A stretch of DNA of 62,859 bases, counting the filler, from Dicyema japonicum (Eukaryota; Animalia; Dicyemida): assembly GCA_011109175.1 (NCBI GenBank). It is 6 parts of 6 records of this genome, joined end to end, with 100 filler letters (N's around TTAATTAATTAA, not from the genome) between each part and the next. Parts side by side here need not be neighbours in the genome. Positions count along the whole stretch, not along the records: positions 20,590 to 41,238 come from RDEW01000113.1; 5 more parts are not named here. The stretch is one strand, 5' to 3'. The notes beneath the pieces were generated by a model. That model saw nothing but the letters and a program-made list of their open reading frames with translations. It was not told the DNA's origin and did no database searches. Made by a program: the position numbers and the translations under genes. Positions within the stretch are counted from its first letter, which is position 1. Each line of letters opens with the position of its first letter. Positions 23,400 to 36,999 of the stretch are shown here, piece by piece.

Positions 23400-24000
23400 A
23401 TTTGACTGGTATCATCACTCAGAAGATATAGCATTGTGTTTATAAAAATAATTTTTAATTCAATAATCCCCTTGTGTCAGCCAGATGAAGAGTACCCAAA
23501 GATCTGAGTGCGATTTGGCCGTTGGTTTTCGTTTTAGTTAAAGTCACGTGGGATTGATCTTAGTGAGAATTATTAATAAAAATTCCTAGAATTGAAGAGA
23601 TAAATTTGAAGAGTTTCTCTAGCCTAATCACTGCGGCTTCCGGACAGAAAATCTACATGCCTAACTAACAATTCTGTGACTTGGGGCATTTTTGAGAGTG
23701 AGCTAGAAAAACTGAAATCTCCAATGAAATCAACTCCGACAAGTGTTTAGAATTCTTTACCAAAGAAAATCAACAACTCAAAACTATATGATATTGCACA
23801 TTGCCAGAAATTATCTACATATATAAAAGTGGATGGAAATTGTCACATTCTACGCTTGGAAAATTGATTCCCGGCAAATGATAAATACGTACTTTAATTG
23901 CTGTGGAATTGGTGGTTTCCGTGAAAGACTGACAACTAAATTACCCATAGTTCAGAATAAGAACATCTCAAACTTGGTCTGAGGTCGGAGAACGATTTAG
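23400..24000 (-). mobile_element. Possible decayed APE endonuclease fragment of a LINE
   Basis: Minus-strand IGDFSF and IPRDFN-like pieces only, with many stops. Confidence 0.3.
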
Positions 24001-24691
24001 ATTCACTAAGGACTAAGGCAAGGAATAGAAATCACTGGATCGTTTAGCATAGTTGTTAACAAATGAACACACCACAAGAGAAAACTATAACTATTGTTTT
24101 TTAACTGTGCTATTATAAGCTTATTTATTAAAATTTAAATCGATTTCAGATTCGAAATCCACAAATCATGTTGAACTTAACATATTGCTACCACCTTTAT
24201 TCCGTAGACATACTATTGCATATTGGAAGATTATTATACAAATAACAACTTAGAATTTCATCATATATATTTCTAGATGTAAGAAAGACACCTATCATGG
24301 ATGTGTGTCGTAGTGTGTAATAAGACAAGAATGGAACTAAAATCAGTCGTCTTAAATAAAAGTTCGTTGATTAAAATCCACATGTATTGGTCTCGTTATT
24401 CTTCAAACAATTCAGTGACATGAACTAGTCCACATATGTCTGAGACCTTCAGCTGTTTGTAGTTCAAAATTTCTGAAGAGTATTAAAATGCACTCAAATC
24501 GCTATTGTTTTTAACATACCTTGACTACAATTCGGATTGACTTTCGAACTTTAGATGGAATTCTTTTTTCTTTTTTTTGATTATTTTAATATCTTAAAAA
24601 GTTAATTCTAATTAAAATGTTCTCTATCCAATTCTACGCTCATACTATTCACTTAAATTTCTTCATACTTAGACCGAGAGTAAATATTTTT

Positions 24692-24964
24692 TTATCCCTT
24701 CATTAAGTTTATCATAACGCCACGAACGTCGACTTCGTTCCTATATGATACAATCATACTCTCCAAAGTCTTTTTGATTACCAGAGATTGAACATACGCA
24801 TACGTTTTTTCACTTATATTCAAAAATCTGGCATACCTCCACGAATGTGAAGTCACTAGACCATCCCAAGTGAGTACAATCGGGACAATCTTGACCTCTG
24901 AGTGGTGTATCAACTCTAGATTTTTGGAATGAAGGTCATACTTACTCAGCTTTTTGCATTCCAC
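24692..24964 (-). mobile_element. R4-like REL retrotransposon, 3' fragment
   Basis: KYDLHSKNLELIHHSEVKIVPIVLTWDGLVT..AYVQSLVIKKTLES. Confidence 0.8.
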
Positions 24965-25018
24965 CTGTTGTAGATTTTGGGAAGGAACTCCATTTGCTCA
25001 AAAAAGAAAGAAAGTCAA

Positions 25019-25680
25019 TTATCGCAGAAGATTCTTGTATTTTTTACTCGAAAAGATTTGAACTAGAATAATAATAATAATAATAATAAAGCCTTTTCAC
25101 GAGAGCCATAGTATTTTATAGCTCCGCATAGGCAGGACACACACTTTATTTAAGTAAAGAACAGTTAATTTTAACTAATCGTAGAACCAAGGAATGATCT
25201 TCACTTCTTTTTTTTTCTTTTCTTGTGTGAGTGTCCTTTCTAGACAATCCAGTTCCGCAGTGAGTATTCACTGATGACGGCGTCACTCGTCAAACCATTT
25301 TCTGCATCGTAGATGCGTGGAACCTTCCACCAGGTGAACAGCAGCGAGATTCGAACCCGTAGCCTAAGCCACTTAAGCCCGACACCTAACCACTAAGCCA
25401 CCCGCTCTAGAATCCTAGGCGTATATGAACATTTTCTTTGCTCTAAACCTCAAAAGCATCACTTAGTCCATGCCACGATACAATACAAGGACTTATATCC
25501 ATTCTGAAATAAGTAGAAATTTCATAAACCTTACAACTAATAACCATTTGGTTAACAAAAGGGTGAACTAAAAATAACGCATTGGCTTTTCCAGAAGATT
25601 GGACTCGCGATCATGAGAGGTAACTCCCATTTGTGCTCAAAACCTACAGGCAATAATGGAGACCGGTCATGACAACTATT
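25019..25680 (+). repeat. Repeat family C (unclassified), copy carrying a SINE insertion
   Basis: With 25070-25406 and one TSD removed it matches the reverse complement of 39303-39624. Partial copies lie near 21095-21175 and 33995-34065. Confidence 0.8.
25070..25406 (-). mobile_element. SINE family A, full-length tRNA-headed copy (337 bp)
   Basis: A box TGGCTTAGTGG and B box GGTTCGAATCTC, an internal A-rich linker and an (ATT)n tail. 7-bp TSD ctagaat at 25063-25069 and 25407-25413. Confidence 0.92.
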
Positions 25681-25689
25681 CTTTCTAAA

Positions 25690-26180
25690 TTAAGAATTTT
25701 GATTCAAAACACGAATATGTAAATATTTTGTTTACATTTCAACAACAACTAAGAATCTTGTTATTTATGTTTCCGGCATGTCTCTGTTTTTTATATCGTT
25801 ATAGTTATTTTTAGTATTTTGGTAAATTTAATTTCTCGGATCATTATTTTATTTTCATTAACAAATAAAAACGTATTAAATGTGGATGCCAATAAGTAAT
25901 CCATATTTTGATTATTTTTATCATTTGTGAGAAAATATGATTAAATTCCGCACCTATCAAAAGTGAATCAATATGTATAGTTGTAAAACTGCAAATTCAA
26001 ATCTGGATGAAACATGATTGTAAAGCATTCGATTTTTATTTAAAACATAAATAAAGAACTGTATTCTGCTATATTGCATTTTTTCGATTGGTATTATTAT
26101 TTATTTATCCTTCGTTTCAACATCTCCCTTGCCTACAATAAAAAATATTGAATTGTTTAAGACATTAAAGCTAAAACCTA
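25690..26180 (-). repeat. Repeat family D (paralogue of 35650-36130), possibly a decayed gene
   Basis: Alignable by eye, in inverted orientation, with 35650-36130. Shares an HIDSLLIGA reading. Confidence 0.6.
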
Positions 26181-26889
26181 ATCAATCCAATTTTGAGATC
26201 CTTTTTTGTGTAACACTACATTATCTCAATTTTACTTTTTATGAAAACCGTGCTTTTTTCTTCCTTCGTTAAGAATGAGTTTAATATAGAATTTTCTAAT
26301 GCAAAATAACGATGCAATATCGTAGAGCAACTTATATCATTATCCTTGCTTACTAATCATTTATGTATGAGAAATTATTTTTTCTCACTCTTCGCGAAAT
26401 TATCCTCTACTTTTTGTATTTCTTCGTCCGAGACTCATCATTTCCTTCTAAAATAGAATTGAAAAACATGTTAAAATCTGTTAAATGTCTGTAACAATCG
26501 ATTTTCCACAACATTTGATTCATTTACTTTACTTATGGTTTAAAATCTATCAGATTTCTTTTATTTCTTTCAACATAATTTTCTAGATGGTTAAGTATAG
26601 GTTAATTCATTTGGGAATTTAGAAATTCCTCATTTAATGTCCTTTCTTAGATCTAGGTATGATCTTCCATTGAAAATATAGTAATCTCATCTAAGTTTAA
26701 CTTTTCTGTGATAAAATTAAGAGTTTTTTGATTTAAGAAATTCTACTATAAACATAAGAAAACGGTTCATTCGCTGGGAATGTTAAAATATTAAACTGAA
26801 AGTACGCTGAAATTCTCCTTAATTGACGTTTATTCTCTCGCAAAGAGAGCTCAGGGGTTTTTGAACATTTTTTATGCTTCCTCAATAGA

Positions 26890-27560
26890 CTTGTTAATTT
26901 ATTTCAGCAGGGTCAGGAACGATTATGTATTCAGAGTTTTTATATTTTTTGCACTTCATGACAGACACAAGACCAACCACCATGATCTTTAAGAGGATGC
27001 ACTCATCAGGTGAGTTACTGCAGACAACTCCCGGCTGAATTCCACACGTAGTTAATAATGCCTCTCTTTTATTCGCAGATCGGACATGTACGCGTAGTCC
27101 TCTATACTTGTCAAGCCATAAAATCAATGGCATCTTACTTACACGACTCAAGGTCGATTCTCCTCATAATTGACGAGTACGTTCGAATTGAACATTGATG
27201 AGTCTGCAAATCAGACAGGCAGATCACAAGAGCAGGGTGACATACTTTCTCCTTAGTAACCTCAGCAAAATTATCTTTGTTTTCGAACATTCCACAAGAT
27301 TCAGTCATCAAGGGTCTGGTTGCACCAAGAACAGATTAATCCTCGCTCTCCTTTACATGTTTTATGCGCACTTCAAAGTGAAAAACATCTTAACATCTCG
27401 CTAGGTACCAACGTTCCACTAGTATTATTCAATTCTGCGATTATACCCAAAAGATTGTTTTTTAAATTGCGAATAACCTTGAGCCAAAGTGATGAATTTT
27501 TTATATAGCGCACTGGTGTCATCTTCAACCTTGGCCCTGGTAAACTGTACTTCAACTTTT
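26890..27560 (-). mobile_element. Decayed LINE RT fragment
   Basis: YRGLRVHVRSANKREALLTTCGIQPG resembles the region leading to the GxPQG motif. Confidence 0.4.
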
Positions 27561-28504
27561 CAAGATGTATCTTCTCTAATAATTATAACAACAGAGATCA
27601 CGTTTACACAGAGACAGAGATCACTAATCACGTGATCCCAGCACGCTCTTGAAAGGATTTCATCTTCCGATGCTTTTCCCTGATTATTGTGAGAGGAAAC
27701 ACTGTTCAATTATAGATAGAAATATTAATTAATTTATTTTATTTGTTTTTAAAAATTGTTTTACAATATGGCGAACCTACTGATACATTATTGGTTTATT
27801 TGGCGTGTAGTTTGACACGTTGTTGTGGTCCCTTTGTTTGTTTCACATTTATCGTCTTTTCCTGTTTATTGTAATATATTTTCTTATATATTAGATTAAT
27901 GGATAATCAAATAGTGTTGAAGACAGTTATCAAAATATCTAAATATATATATTTCGGTAACCTATAAATATGGATTATTCTCCACTATTTGATTTTTCTA
28001 TACTTATTGTGCAATTATTTTTTGGAATTTTATTGTAATATTTTGGAAAATGATCATTATTACGAAAACTTTGATTATTTAGAAAAGAAATATTGTAGTT
28101 TTGGATGAATCGTGCTTTTATTTGACCAAGCCATAGCTAAAGAGCAATTAATCAATCAATTTTTATTCAATCATTATTCGTAATTGATTGTGTAATTTGA
28201 AAAGCAATGTTTTGAATTATATAAACTCAATATGAATGACAGAAAAGAACGTCCATATTGACTTATCTATCAGGTTTTGAGTAAACTAACATTCAGATTT
28301 ATTTACGTACAATTTGAATGGAAAATTGAGGCCTATACCTCCCTGACTGTTATCAATCAAATTGCAACACGAAGGATGTTTTAAGCGCATAGCTGAATGT
28401 AAAAATAGATCCCAACCCTTTCGAAACTAACAAGAATATACTGCCAAACCTCTCCAAAATATCAAGGATTCTGACGGACCAGGAAATTCCGTAATAATAC
28501 CAAG

Positions 28505-29700
28505 TTATCGGAAACAGATCAATTCTATTTGCTTTACTTCATTGATTTGTGTTCTTGGCGAAACATTTTCATGTATGACTTCAAATGAACCTTTTTTTCC
28601 ATTTTGTCCGGTGAAAAAAGATCACATGAATCTTATTTCTGATTCGTGTTACCAGAAGAAATACCACCCAGATATTTTCCATGCTAAGTAACAGAAGATA
28701 TATGTAGCCATTCCTATAGTAGTCTCAACAGGGGACTTATTCTGAAGACGACATTTATTCAGTCTACTTGACGAGGAGTGAATTACAGGCTAGACTCGAT
28801 TTTGTAAACAGTTTAGACTTTTTTAATTTCTAGTTGTCATTTTGATTATGCAAATTATCCATCATTTTTGGAATGAAGAAGTCGAGTCCCTGATGGGAGC
28901 TCTAAAGAACCCAGTTCTAGGGATCTCTGAACTGAATGTCAATTTGGGGAAATTTTACATGGAATTTATTCCTAATGATAGAGGAAATTTTGGATAAACC
29001 CGCCGATTATCTGAATCGAATCGATTAATTGTCCATTAGTTTTTGGATGTAACTGAGAATTCAATCACAACTCTCATAGTTTCTATTCCCCAGTTTCCTG
29101 AATGATGGCATTTACTCTATCAACAAAAAATTTCATTCTAATTTATTTTTAATAAAATCAATGGATTTTTGGTTTATTTTCACTTTTTAATGGTTTTATT
29201 AGTCAATTAGACAAAGGTAACAAATCAAAGACCAGTTGTAAGAAAAGCCAGACATTTTCGTTTACAACAATTTCAAAAATGAAATAACGCTAATTGAAGT
29301 GGTATTACGTCTAGGATCATTGAGATCGAGAAGTGCGACTCACGATTGTTAAGTAAAGATTATGACCTGGGATGGAGTTGTGTCGAAATGCTTAATAATT
29401 ATATGGATAAGCTATCATCCATTGAAGGAGCAACGAGGACTTATATCCATCAGTTGTGTTGAAAAGGAATCTCGAAAGCATGCAAATAGAAGACAAGCAC
29501 GTGATGAACCTATGCTTTTGATCAGCTTGTAGAGTGGCTTGAGCTTGTAGAGTGGTTATCGGAAACAGATCAATTCTATTCGCTTTACTTCATTGATTTG
29601 TCTTCTTGGTGAAACGTTTTCATCTATGACTTCAAATGATCCTTTTTTCCATTTTGTCCTGTGACAAAAAGATCACATGAATCTTATGTCTGATTCATTT
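28505..29700. repeat. Two diverged direct copies of about 140 bp (28505-28645 and 29556-29700)
   Basis: Shared ttatcggaaacagatcaattctatt..gatcacatgaatcttat; probably a LINE fragment. Confidence 0.7.
29310..29460 (+). mobile_element. R4-like REL retrotransposon, small fragment
   Basis: VKIMTWDGVVSK matches the IPxVMTWDGxVTK motif of the family. Confidence 0.45.
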
Positions 29701-30404
29701 TTTGTCGTTGGTTGTTAGTTTTAGTTATAGTTACGTGCGATGGATCTTTAGTAGGATTATTAATGGTAATTTTTAGAATTGAAGAGATCCCATATATAAA
29801 ATTCGAAATAAATGATAGTTTTTGCATCAAATCAGGGTTCAGGAGGACAAGTTTTATATATATATATCAGAAAAGGCTTTGGTCCAGATCAATCATAAGT
29901 GAAATAAAGGTTGTTGACGAACTCTAATGCACTAATTGTACTTATATCCGTTTGGCAGTTATAACCTTTTTTCTCGCATAACCAGTATGACCAAATCAGG
30001 GGAACGTTTAACCAAAGAAACTGCTAGTACGTAAACATTTTGGATATAGTCTTTGAAGAAATAAACATTCAACATTGATGCGGAACACTGAATATTAATC
30101 AGATTATTATTTAATAAAATTGATTAATCAATGTCATCATATATTTGCATCTTATAACAGATGGTTCTCTGAGTTATGTAATTCTCGCTGGAAGGATTCG
30201 AAATTGGATCCTATGAATATTCAAGACTTCTCTAGATCTTTTATGGGATTTTGGCTTCAAATTTTTAACTTATTTATAAATAAAAAAATCTATTTTTAGT
30301 GGAACATATAATTTATTTTTACTATCAATAGTTTGAAATCCGGGTTTTATTCTGTCAGCCTCTTTTTCCTACAATTAAAATTTGGCTGAACACTTTCTAT
30401 TATT

Positions 30405-30950
30405 TTCAATTGGTCTACTTCTGGATCAGGATGGTTTTCAAATCGGTCTTCCGTTCGTCTCGGGGTCGACCTGTGCCAGCCTCATCCCTGCAGATGTGGA
30501 TATGTTGTCAACCGCAAAGGGCTTCACCCCTTCTCTCTTCGACGCAGCAGTGGCCTGGTTCCTGAAGCACGCTGCCATTAACGGGGCCGTGAAACGATTT
30601 CATGAGGAACAGGTGGATCTGAATCGTGGTGATGGAAATCGTCCTGACGGGATCACAAAGTCCTTTTTTTCCTCTCTCTCTCTCTCTCTCTCTCGAGGAA
30701 ATGCCTTATTTCGGATGGAGCAGAAAAAATCTTTTTTCAAGTCAATATTTTTTTAGATTTTGCGTTGAAATCAGGGCGGCAGCACAAGCATCTGAAAATT
30801 CTAAAATAAAAAATACGTCACAGATTCATGTGCAGCCGGTTGTCGTCGAGAAGAATGGAATCTTAGAGATTAAGGAGGCCTTTTTAATTTGATCGCTTGG
30901 GTCAATGATATCGAAAGTGACCAATGAGTGTCGGGAAGCCGAATGGCTGT
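30405..30950 (+). mobile_element. CRE-clade retrotransposon, decayed endonuclease region
   Basis: RLGVDLCQPHPCRCG, HAAIN, DGNRPDGIT and QPVVVE match 58475..59128. A (CT)n microsatellite lies at about 30672-30694. Confidence 0.75.
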
Positions 30951-31007
30951 TCCAAATGATTTCTCTGTCTATTTTCAGTGGAAATAACCACTCCATTCTT
31001 TCAGTAA

Positions 31008-31218
31008 TTTATTATTATTAACCCCAGATAAAGCGAGAAAGAAGTTAAACAACCAATTAGGTGTATCCAGTTCCCGGTGTTCTTCCAATGTCACAAATTC
31101 TATCCAGAACCAACATAAAAGCAAAAGACGTTCATTCCTTGCGGTTTTAGAAACCCCTGCCGTGGAGTAGGGAAAGCAAATGATCTTTTTCCCCTTTTGA
31201 CACTGGATCAAATTACGC
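31008..31218 (-). repeat. Repeat family B, diverged copy
   Basis: Reverse complement has agagtggcgtaatttgatcc..gatcatttgc..ccctactccacgg..ggatacac..ggggttaataataataaat. The core of the structured segment is deleted. Confidence 0.65.
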
Positions 31219-32559
31219 CACTCTAGTAGAAAGGGACGTTTGCAGGGTCCCCTGGTCCAGACGAATTATATGTCCAAACAGCCTCCAACTATCCTCCAGA
31301 TCTTGTAAGAAATAATGGTGATCCTCGTTATCTTATAAATAATGTCAGACGACAGTTTAAGTGAACGATAATACCACCCACGTTTGGTGAAAACGATGTC
31401 TGTTTAAGAGAAATAAACTTTAAAAAAAACAGAAAGAGAAAACCAAAACTAAAACAAAAAATGTATCTGTTCCGTCTAGAGCTTTAAAGGAGTCAAAGTT
31501 TCTTGAGGATATGGTTGTATACAGACGAGGTGATGAGAACGAAGGCTGCTCGAAGAAGACGAGTAAATAAAGCTGTCAGATCTCCATCGAATTAAACATG
31601 GGCAAAAAACGTACAAAAATCATGGTTGTTATAAGAAAAACTGGGGTGGACGGAACTTGAAGCTCTTTTTCGGAACCATGATTTAAAGTTCTCACACCGA
31701 AAGAAATAGTTAGTGTTTGTGGGAATATATTTTCATGAGGACATATCTACTAATATATGCGAAGAGATATTTTCAAAGAACAATAAAAGAATTGCGCCAT
31801 CAATAGGTATTAAATTGAATCGTGAGAGGAACCGAGTAATGGCGAAGTGCAGACGTTTTATTGAGGGAATATATATAGAGGCTGTCTTCTAAAGGATTTC
31901 TATAATCATACGGCTATTAATAAAATATGGAAAGCTATTTAGGAAAAGAAAAGGATGCATAAGCCACAAAGGTCGATGTCAGAAATCTATCATTCTTGAG
32001 TAGTTATAGGAAACTTTTATGTCCTAGGACAGGTGCGGAAAAAGTATTTACTGAGAAACCGGATGGTAGTTTCTACATAATAGAGAAAACTCCAATAAAC
32101 CTAATTCCTGCCGACATGAAAAAAATTCGAATGGATTTAATCAAATATTGTAAAGATGACTTAAAAACATTGAAGAAGTGGTTACCAAATGGTAAATTAA
32201 AATAGCGATCAAGGAATGAAAAGTAAACGCGCCGGGACAAGATGATGTAACTATGATCATTTTCAAAGAAGCCGGACGTATTGTTTAATGTACCACAAAA
32301 ACAGTTTATTGTAAGCCTGAGGCATTTTTATATTTTCTTCCTGTTGAATTCAGAAATTCTAACAGCCAAAGCCATTTGAACCTGTTTATACCTGGATATT
32401 TCCATGGCTTTTAACGGTGTTGGTATGCTGGCTCAGCTTATGTCGACGGATATTCAGAAATACCATTTAGTTGAATAAGAAATTTCTTAACGGCTAGTCT
32501 TTCATGAAAGTTGGAGATTTTTCTCAATGGATTTTGAACAGAAGACTGCATTACTAATT

Positions 32560-33000
32560 ATTATATCATTGAAGATTGGTGTAACATGAGAGAGTTAAAA
32601 CTCTCAAGTGAGAAGTTCAACGCAAGTGAAAAATGTGCATTTTCTACGTAATTTGGGGGTGAATATTGACCGTAGCGGAGTGTACATGGAATAAATAAAA
32701 GTGGGGAAAAAGAAAGCACTGCAACCATTTCTATGTATACATAAGCTACGCATCAACGGAGACAATTATCTTCTGTGAATAATTCTCCCAAATTAGCTTT
32801 AGGATGTGAAGGGTGGTTTCTCTCAACGAAGAAAGACAGAATCATATACCTAATAGAAAGGACTAGGAGGGCAGCCATTAAATTGGATTTTGGAAGAAGA
32901 CTAAAGGATGAAAGATCCGAGGAAGAAGAAACTCCTGAAGTCAATTAATGTGTTATAGCGAAGAGGATCCATGAGAACCAAAGTTCGAAACTCGTACATA
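32560..33000 (+). mobile_element. LINE 3' fragment related to the 18028-18566 arm
   Basis: LALGCEGWF..LIERTRRAAIKL versus LVYGFQGWF..LLDKTRRYAIKL. Confidence 0.5.
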
Positions 33001-33479
33001 CAAATGAGGCTTAACTAAAAAAAGAGGGAAATTGGAAAAAACCTAATAGCTGGGCTAGAAAACTATACACCTCAAATAACTCCTAATTTCTTGTTAATAA
33101 TAAAAATTTCATGATTTAGTCTGGAGTGTCTCCAAGAGGAAACAAAATATTGTGAAGCTGGTCTCTGTGATAATAGTTCAGCTTTCCAAGCTCCTGTCAA
33201 TTGCAAGCCTAAGTGCCCTCGTTATACAAGAATGTGGCGTTGTACATGTGGACTCTTATATCCACATCGAGCCCGTTACGGGAAAACCGCGTTTACCTAA
33301 TTTATGCAGTGCAATATCTGCTAATGTTTTTCTTTTTATATCTTCGCTGTCTCCGAAAAAAGAACCCAACTTTTTTGGTTTTGTACAATACTTTGCTGTC
33401 CTCACTTCTTGTTCTCTGAGTTCTGTGACTGTCCGAGTTTACCTTTAGTAACCATTCAGCCAAATTACCTCCAATAAAG

Positions 33480-33850
33480 CAGTAAGTGCTTCTTTATCAT
33501 TTGAAATAAAGTCCACATCGTCTACCTATGCTATTGTGCTCATTTCCCCATCAAAGAAAAACTCTAGGTCCCGAATGGATCTCATTGAGGTGTTTAAGGT
33601 CGTCTCGAATCGTCTTGATAGGACTCCCTCGATACTCACATTCAGATTCAAGTCCATTATGAATTTTCTAGTCAGCATGACTGTATAACTATCAAGGAAG
33701 TTCTCCATAACTTGTAACAATTTATGTTTATTAAACGAATCAAAAGCTTTCGACATGTCAATCCAAGAATAGTCGTTGTCACTTTGAATCTATGGAATGG
33801 TGCACACATTCAATTATGGCTCCACACAAAATCCGAGGTCGATCTTCCCT
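33480..33850 (-). mobile_element. RTE-like RT fragment
   Basis: GRSTSDFVWSH..LDMSKAFDSFNKHKLLQVM, the same type as 860-2460. Confidence 0.7.
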
Positions 33851-35649
33851 TAGGAAATTCGCTATGGTAAGTTGACAAATATGAGTCTAACCGAATATCA
33901 ATTCTCTGTAGGGTTATATGGACAATATCTTTTAAAGTGTGTTCATCAGAACAACGGCCTGAAGGTTGTCTACATTAGTCCTTTGTTTGTGAACTTTCTG
34001 AAAGGGGTATCATGGTTAACCAAAAATGACGCATTGCCTTTTCCAGAAGATTGGACTCGCGATAGTTTCTTTCCAATATATGCTTTTTGATAACTGTTTT
34101 CTTTTTTTTCCATTTGTCAAAGAGATGGATAGGTACCGCGATGTTGTAGTCGCTATTTATTGTGGGTTCGAGTCCCACACCGTTACAAAATAAGTATTGT
34201 TAATAATATATAAATATTTGATTTATCTTCCGGCAAATTAACCACTCTCCAGAAGGGATTTCTGTCGACCTGAATGCCCTCTTTCTTTTAAAGACTTACG
34301 GAATCCACTATCTTTACTAATCTTTTTCATAAAACTTTGTACTCAATAACACAAACTGACAGACATTAATAAGATTCGTTATATTTTTTTAAATCTAGTT
34401 TAGGAGAATGAGAGAAAACTCTAAGTATAAGCATATCAAAATGATTATTTTTCGATGATTATGAATCATCCACTTGCACAATTTGAGGACGTAAGAGTTT
34501 TTCATATTCTAAAATAAAATTATTCTAAAGACCAGGGGTAAAACAAAACTAACAAATCCCGTGAACCAGTAGACCTCTTATCTAGGAACAGTGATTCAGA
34601 GGACATTGTGAGGAAGTTGAGGTCAATGCCAGAAAAATAGTTTTCCGGTGAAATAAATATATTTTTAATTACTGGCAAAGAATTATGCGTTTCCTGTGTT
34701 ATGTCGATCAGATGACACCACTAGAAAGAAGAAAGAGAAATCTTCAACCAAGTACCACACGGCATCATACGGGAGCACGCAGCCAAATGCATTTGTAAAT
34801 TATTGTAATAAACTTCGTTATTGGTCAACTTTACATATTTAAATTAAATTAAATTTTGAGAGATTTTTCCTTCATGAATACATTTATTATTTTTATTTAT
34901 TCATGAATATATAAAAACTGATTATACTGAATTTGGTTAACTTAAAGGAATCGCTCACTAACATGGACCAGTTAGCCTAGTTGTTAATTGGTCTGAAGGT
35001 TGATCTGGTGACGTAGCTCTGAAGTTTTAGTTTATGGTTTACTTAGTTTCTTCATTTTGATGTGAAGTCATATTCCCATTCATGGATTTAGGAGACATTG
35101 GCAACATAGCTCTGATACTCTAATTCTGGTTCAAGTAGTGTCCTCATTTCAATCTGGATGTAATCTCTCATTCCTCTTCAAAAACCTGGGAGCCATCGGA
35201 ACTTTTAAATAAGGTAGTATTGGATGAATCAAAGTCCGAATTCGATTCTCATCTACAAGTTAGAAATACGCTACTTCAGAATGTTAAAATTAATTTTTTA
35301 CAGACACGGTTAATTCTAATCAGATTCAAGCTTTAGTTATGAAGTTTGTCAGATTTGAAAAATACATTACAATATTACGAGTTACCATTGTCTAAGTGAA
35401 ATGCAATTTTTAGAAACATTCTGTCCATCCATATCTATCATTATGATAACACAGAGAATTTGAAAAAAAGCAAAAGCCCTTTTGTATGCCGTCCAACCAG
35501 AGGTCGTCTAATTTAATGTGGATTCCATGACGACTATTAGGAATAGAGCAATTAATGAAGAAAATAGAAGAAATGGTCTATTATTACTGAGACTATTATT
35601 ATTATAAAGTATTTCTGTGGGACTTTACGATTTGGTTTGTTCGCTTTAT

Positions 35650-36130
35650 AGTCTTAAAAGCTATTAATTCACTCAGTCTGATATTTTATTGTAGACAAAA
35701 GAGGTGTTGGAATGAAAGGATAAAATATATGCAAATTAAATAACGAAGAGAAATACGGCCTAATACGTGTAGAAATATAGCCAAACATAGTAACTTATTC
35801 ATGTTTTGAAACAATTCGAATGCTTTACAATCAAGTTTTAGTCAGATTTGAATTTGCAGTTCTACAAATGTACATATTGATTCTCTCTTGATTGGTGCTG
35901 TACGTAATCTAATTTTCTCTCTAATAATAAAAATAATCAAAAGACATCTAATACGTTTTATTTGCTAGTGAAATATAAAATAATGATCCGAGAAATTATA
36001 TTTACCAAAATAGTGAGGATGACTATAACGAAGAGACACGTGGAAGTATAAATCATTAGATTCTAAGTTGCCGGTAAAATATAATCAAATATAGTTACGT
36101 ATTCGTGTTTTGAGGATAAGTTTTAAGTTT
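35650..36130 (+). repeat. Repeat family D, second copy
   Basis: Inverted paralogue of 25690-26180. Confidence 0.6.
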
Positions 36131-36728
36131 AATTCTGATCTAATTTAGACTTTTCTAGAAATGAAAGACAGAAAAGTTGAAATCTGGTTGGAGTGGGACT
36201 AACTACACAAGAAGAGTTAACAATAAAAGCAATCAAGATTACTGATCTGAAAAAGTTTGATAAGGTTTAGCACGAAAATAGAATAACCTTGAATTCCATT
36301 TTGAGACGTCATCGAGTACAAGTTATGGAAAGAGAACTCCGATTTCTGACTCGTATATGCGAGTGCAAGAGGAGTATTAAGAGTAACAAAATAGCAGTGG
36401 AGAGTCAAAGCTTAAGGTAAGATTCAAGAAATAAAACTACTGCTAGACATGTTCCTCAATATTTAACTGTCTCTAAAATTCAACCTAACTTACTTAAACT
36501 TGATCAATATTTAATGTTTATTTGTAAAACAAAATTGGTCGACTGGCCGAGGGGTTGGTTGATCACGTTTTAGCACATCAATGAAGGTCCATAAAAGGAA
36601 AAAGGACCGATTTTTTTACATGACTTCAATTTTTTTAGTTGTCATCATTACTTTTGATACCATCAATGGTTATGGTTTTTTTTTTACTTTTTTTGATAAA
36701 TTTGATTTATCAACCATTATATGAAGAG

Positions 36729-36814
36729 TCAACAGAAATGTGCTGCATCTGGATTCGAACTAGCGACAGTTTTCATTCAATACGACAATCATTAACCACT
36801 TGACGATGTTTGCC
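36729..36814 (-). mobile_element. tRNA-like SINE head, 3'-truncated
   Basis: A-box-like tcaagtggtt and B box AGTTCGAATCC, followed by gcacatttctgttga, similar to gcacattttggttga in the 47104 copy. The acceptor and T stems do not pair, so it is not a functional tRNA. Confidence 0.5.
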
Positions 36815-36999
36815 TTTATAAATTAAGGTTTTTAGTTTTATTGAAGATAAATTTTTTTTTAAATGCAAAAGTACGTAATTTATAAAGTAAAATCGTTCTA
36901 AAGTCCAGTGGATATGATCGAGTGGCTGTTACCTCTGACTACTGCCAGGGATATCCTTTGGAAAAGCCACTCGGTTTCCCGAAGCAGAAGATAAATTAT

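Noticed and set aside
25270-25300. CTGATGA...AAAC on the antisense strand of SINE A as a hammerhead ribozyme
   Set aside because: The required GAAA after stem II is absent (TCAAA), and stems I and III cannot be formed.
34120-34190. GGTTCGAGTCCC B box suggesting a tRNA gene
   Set aside because: No convincing acceptor, D or anticodon stems. At most a decayed SINE head.
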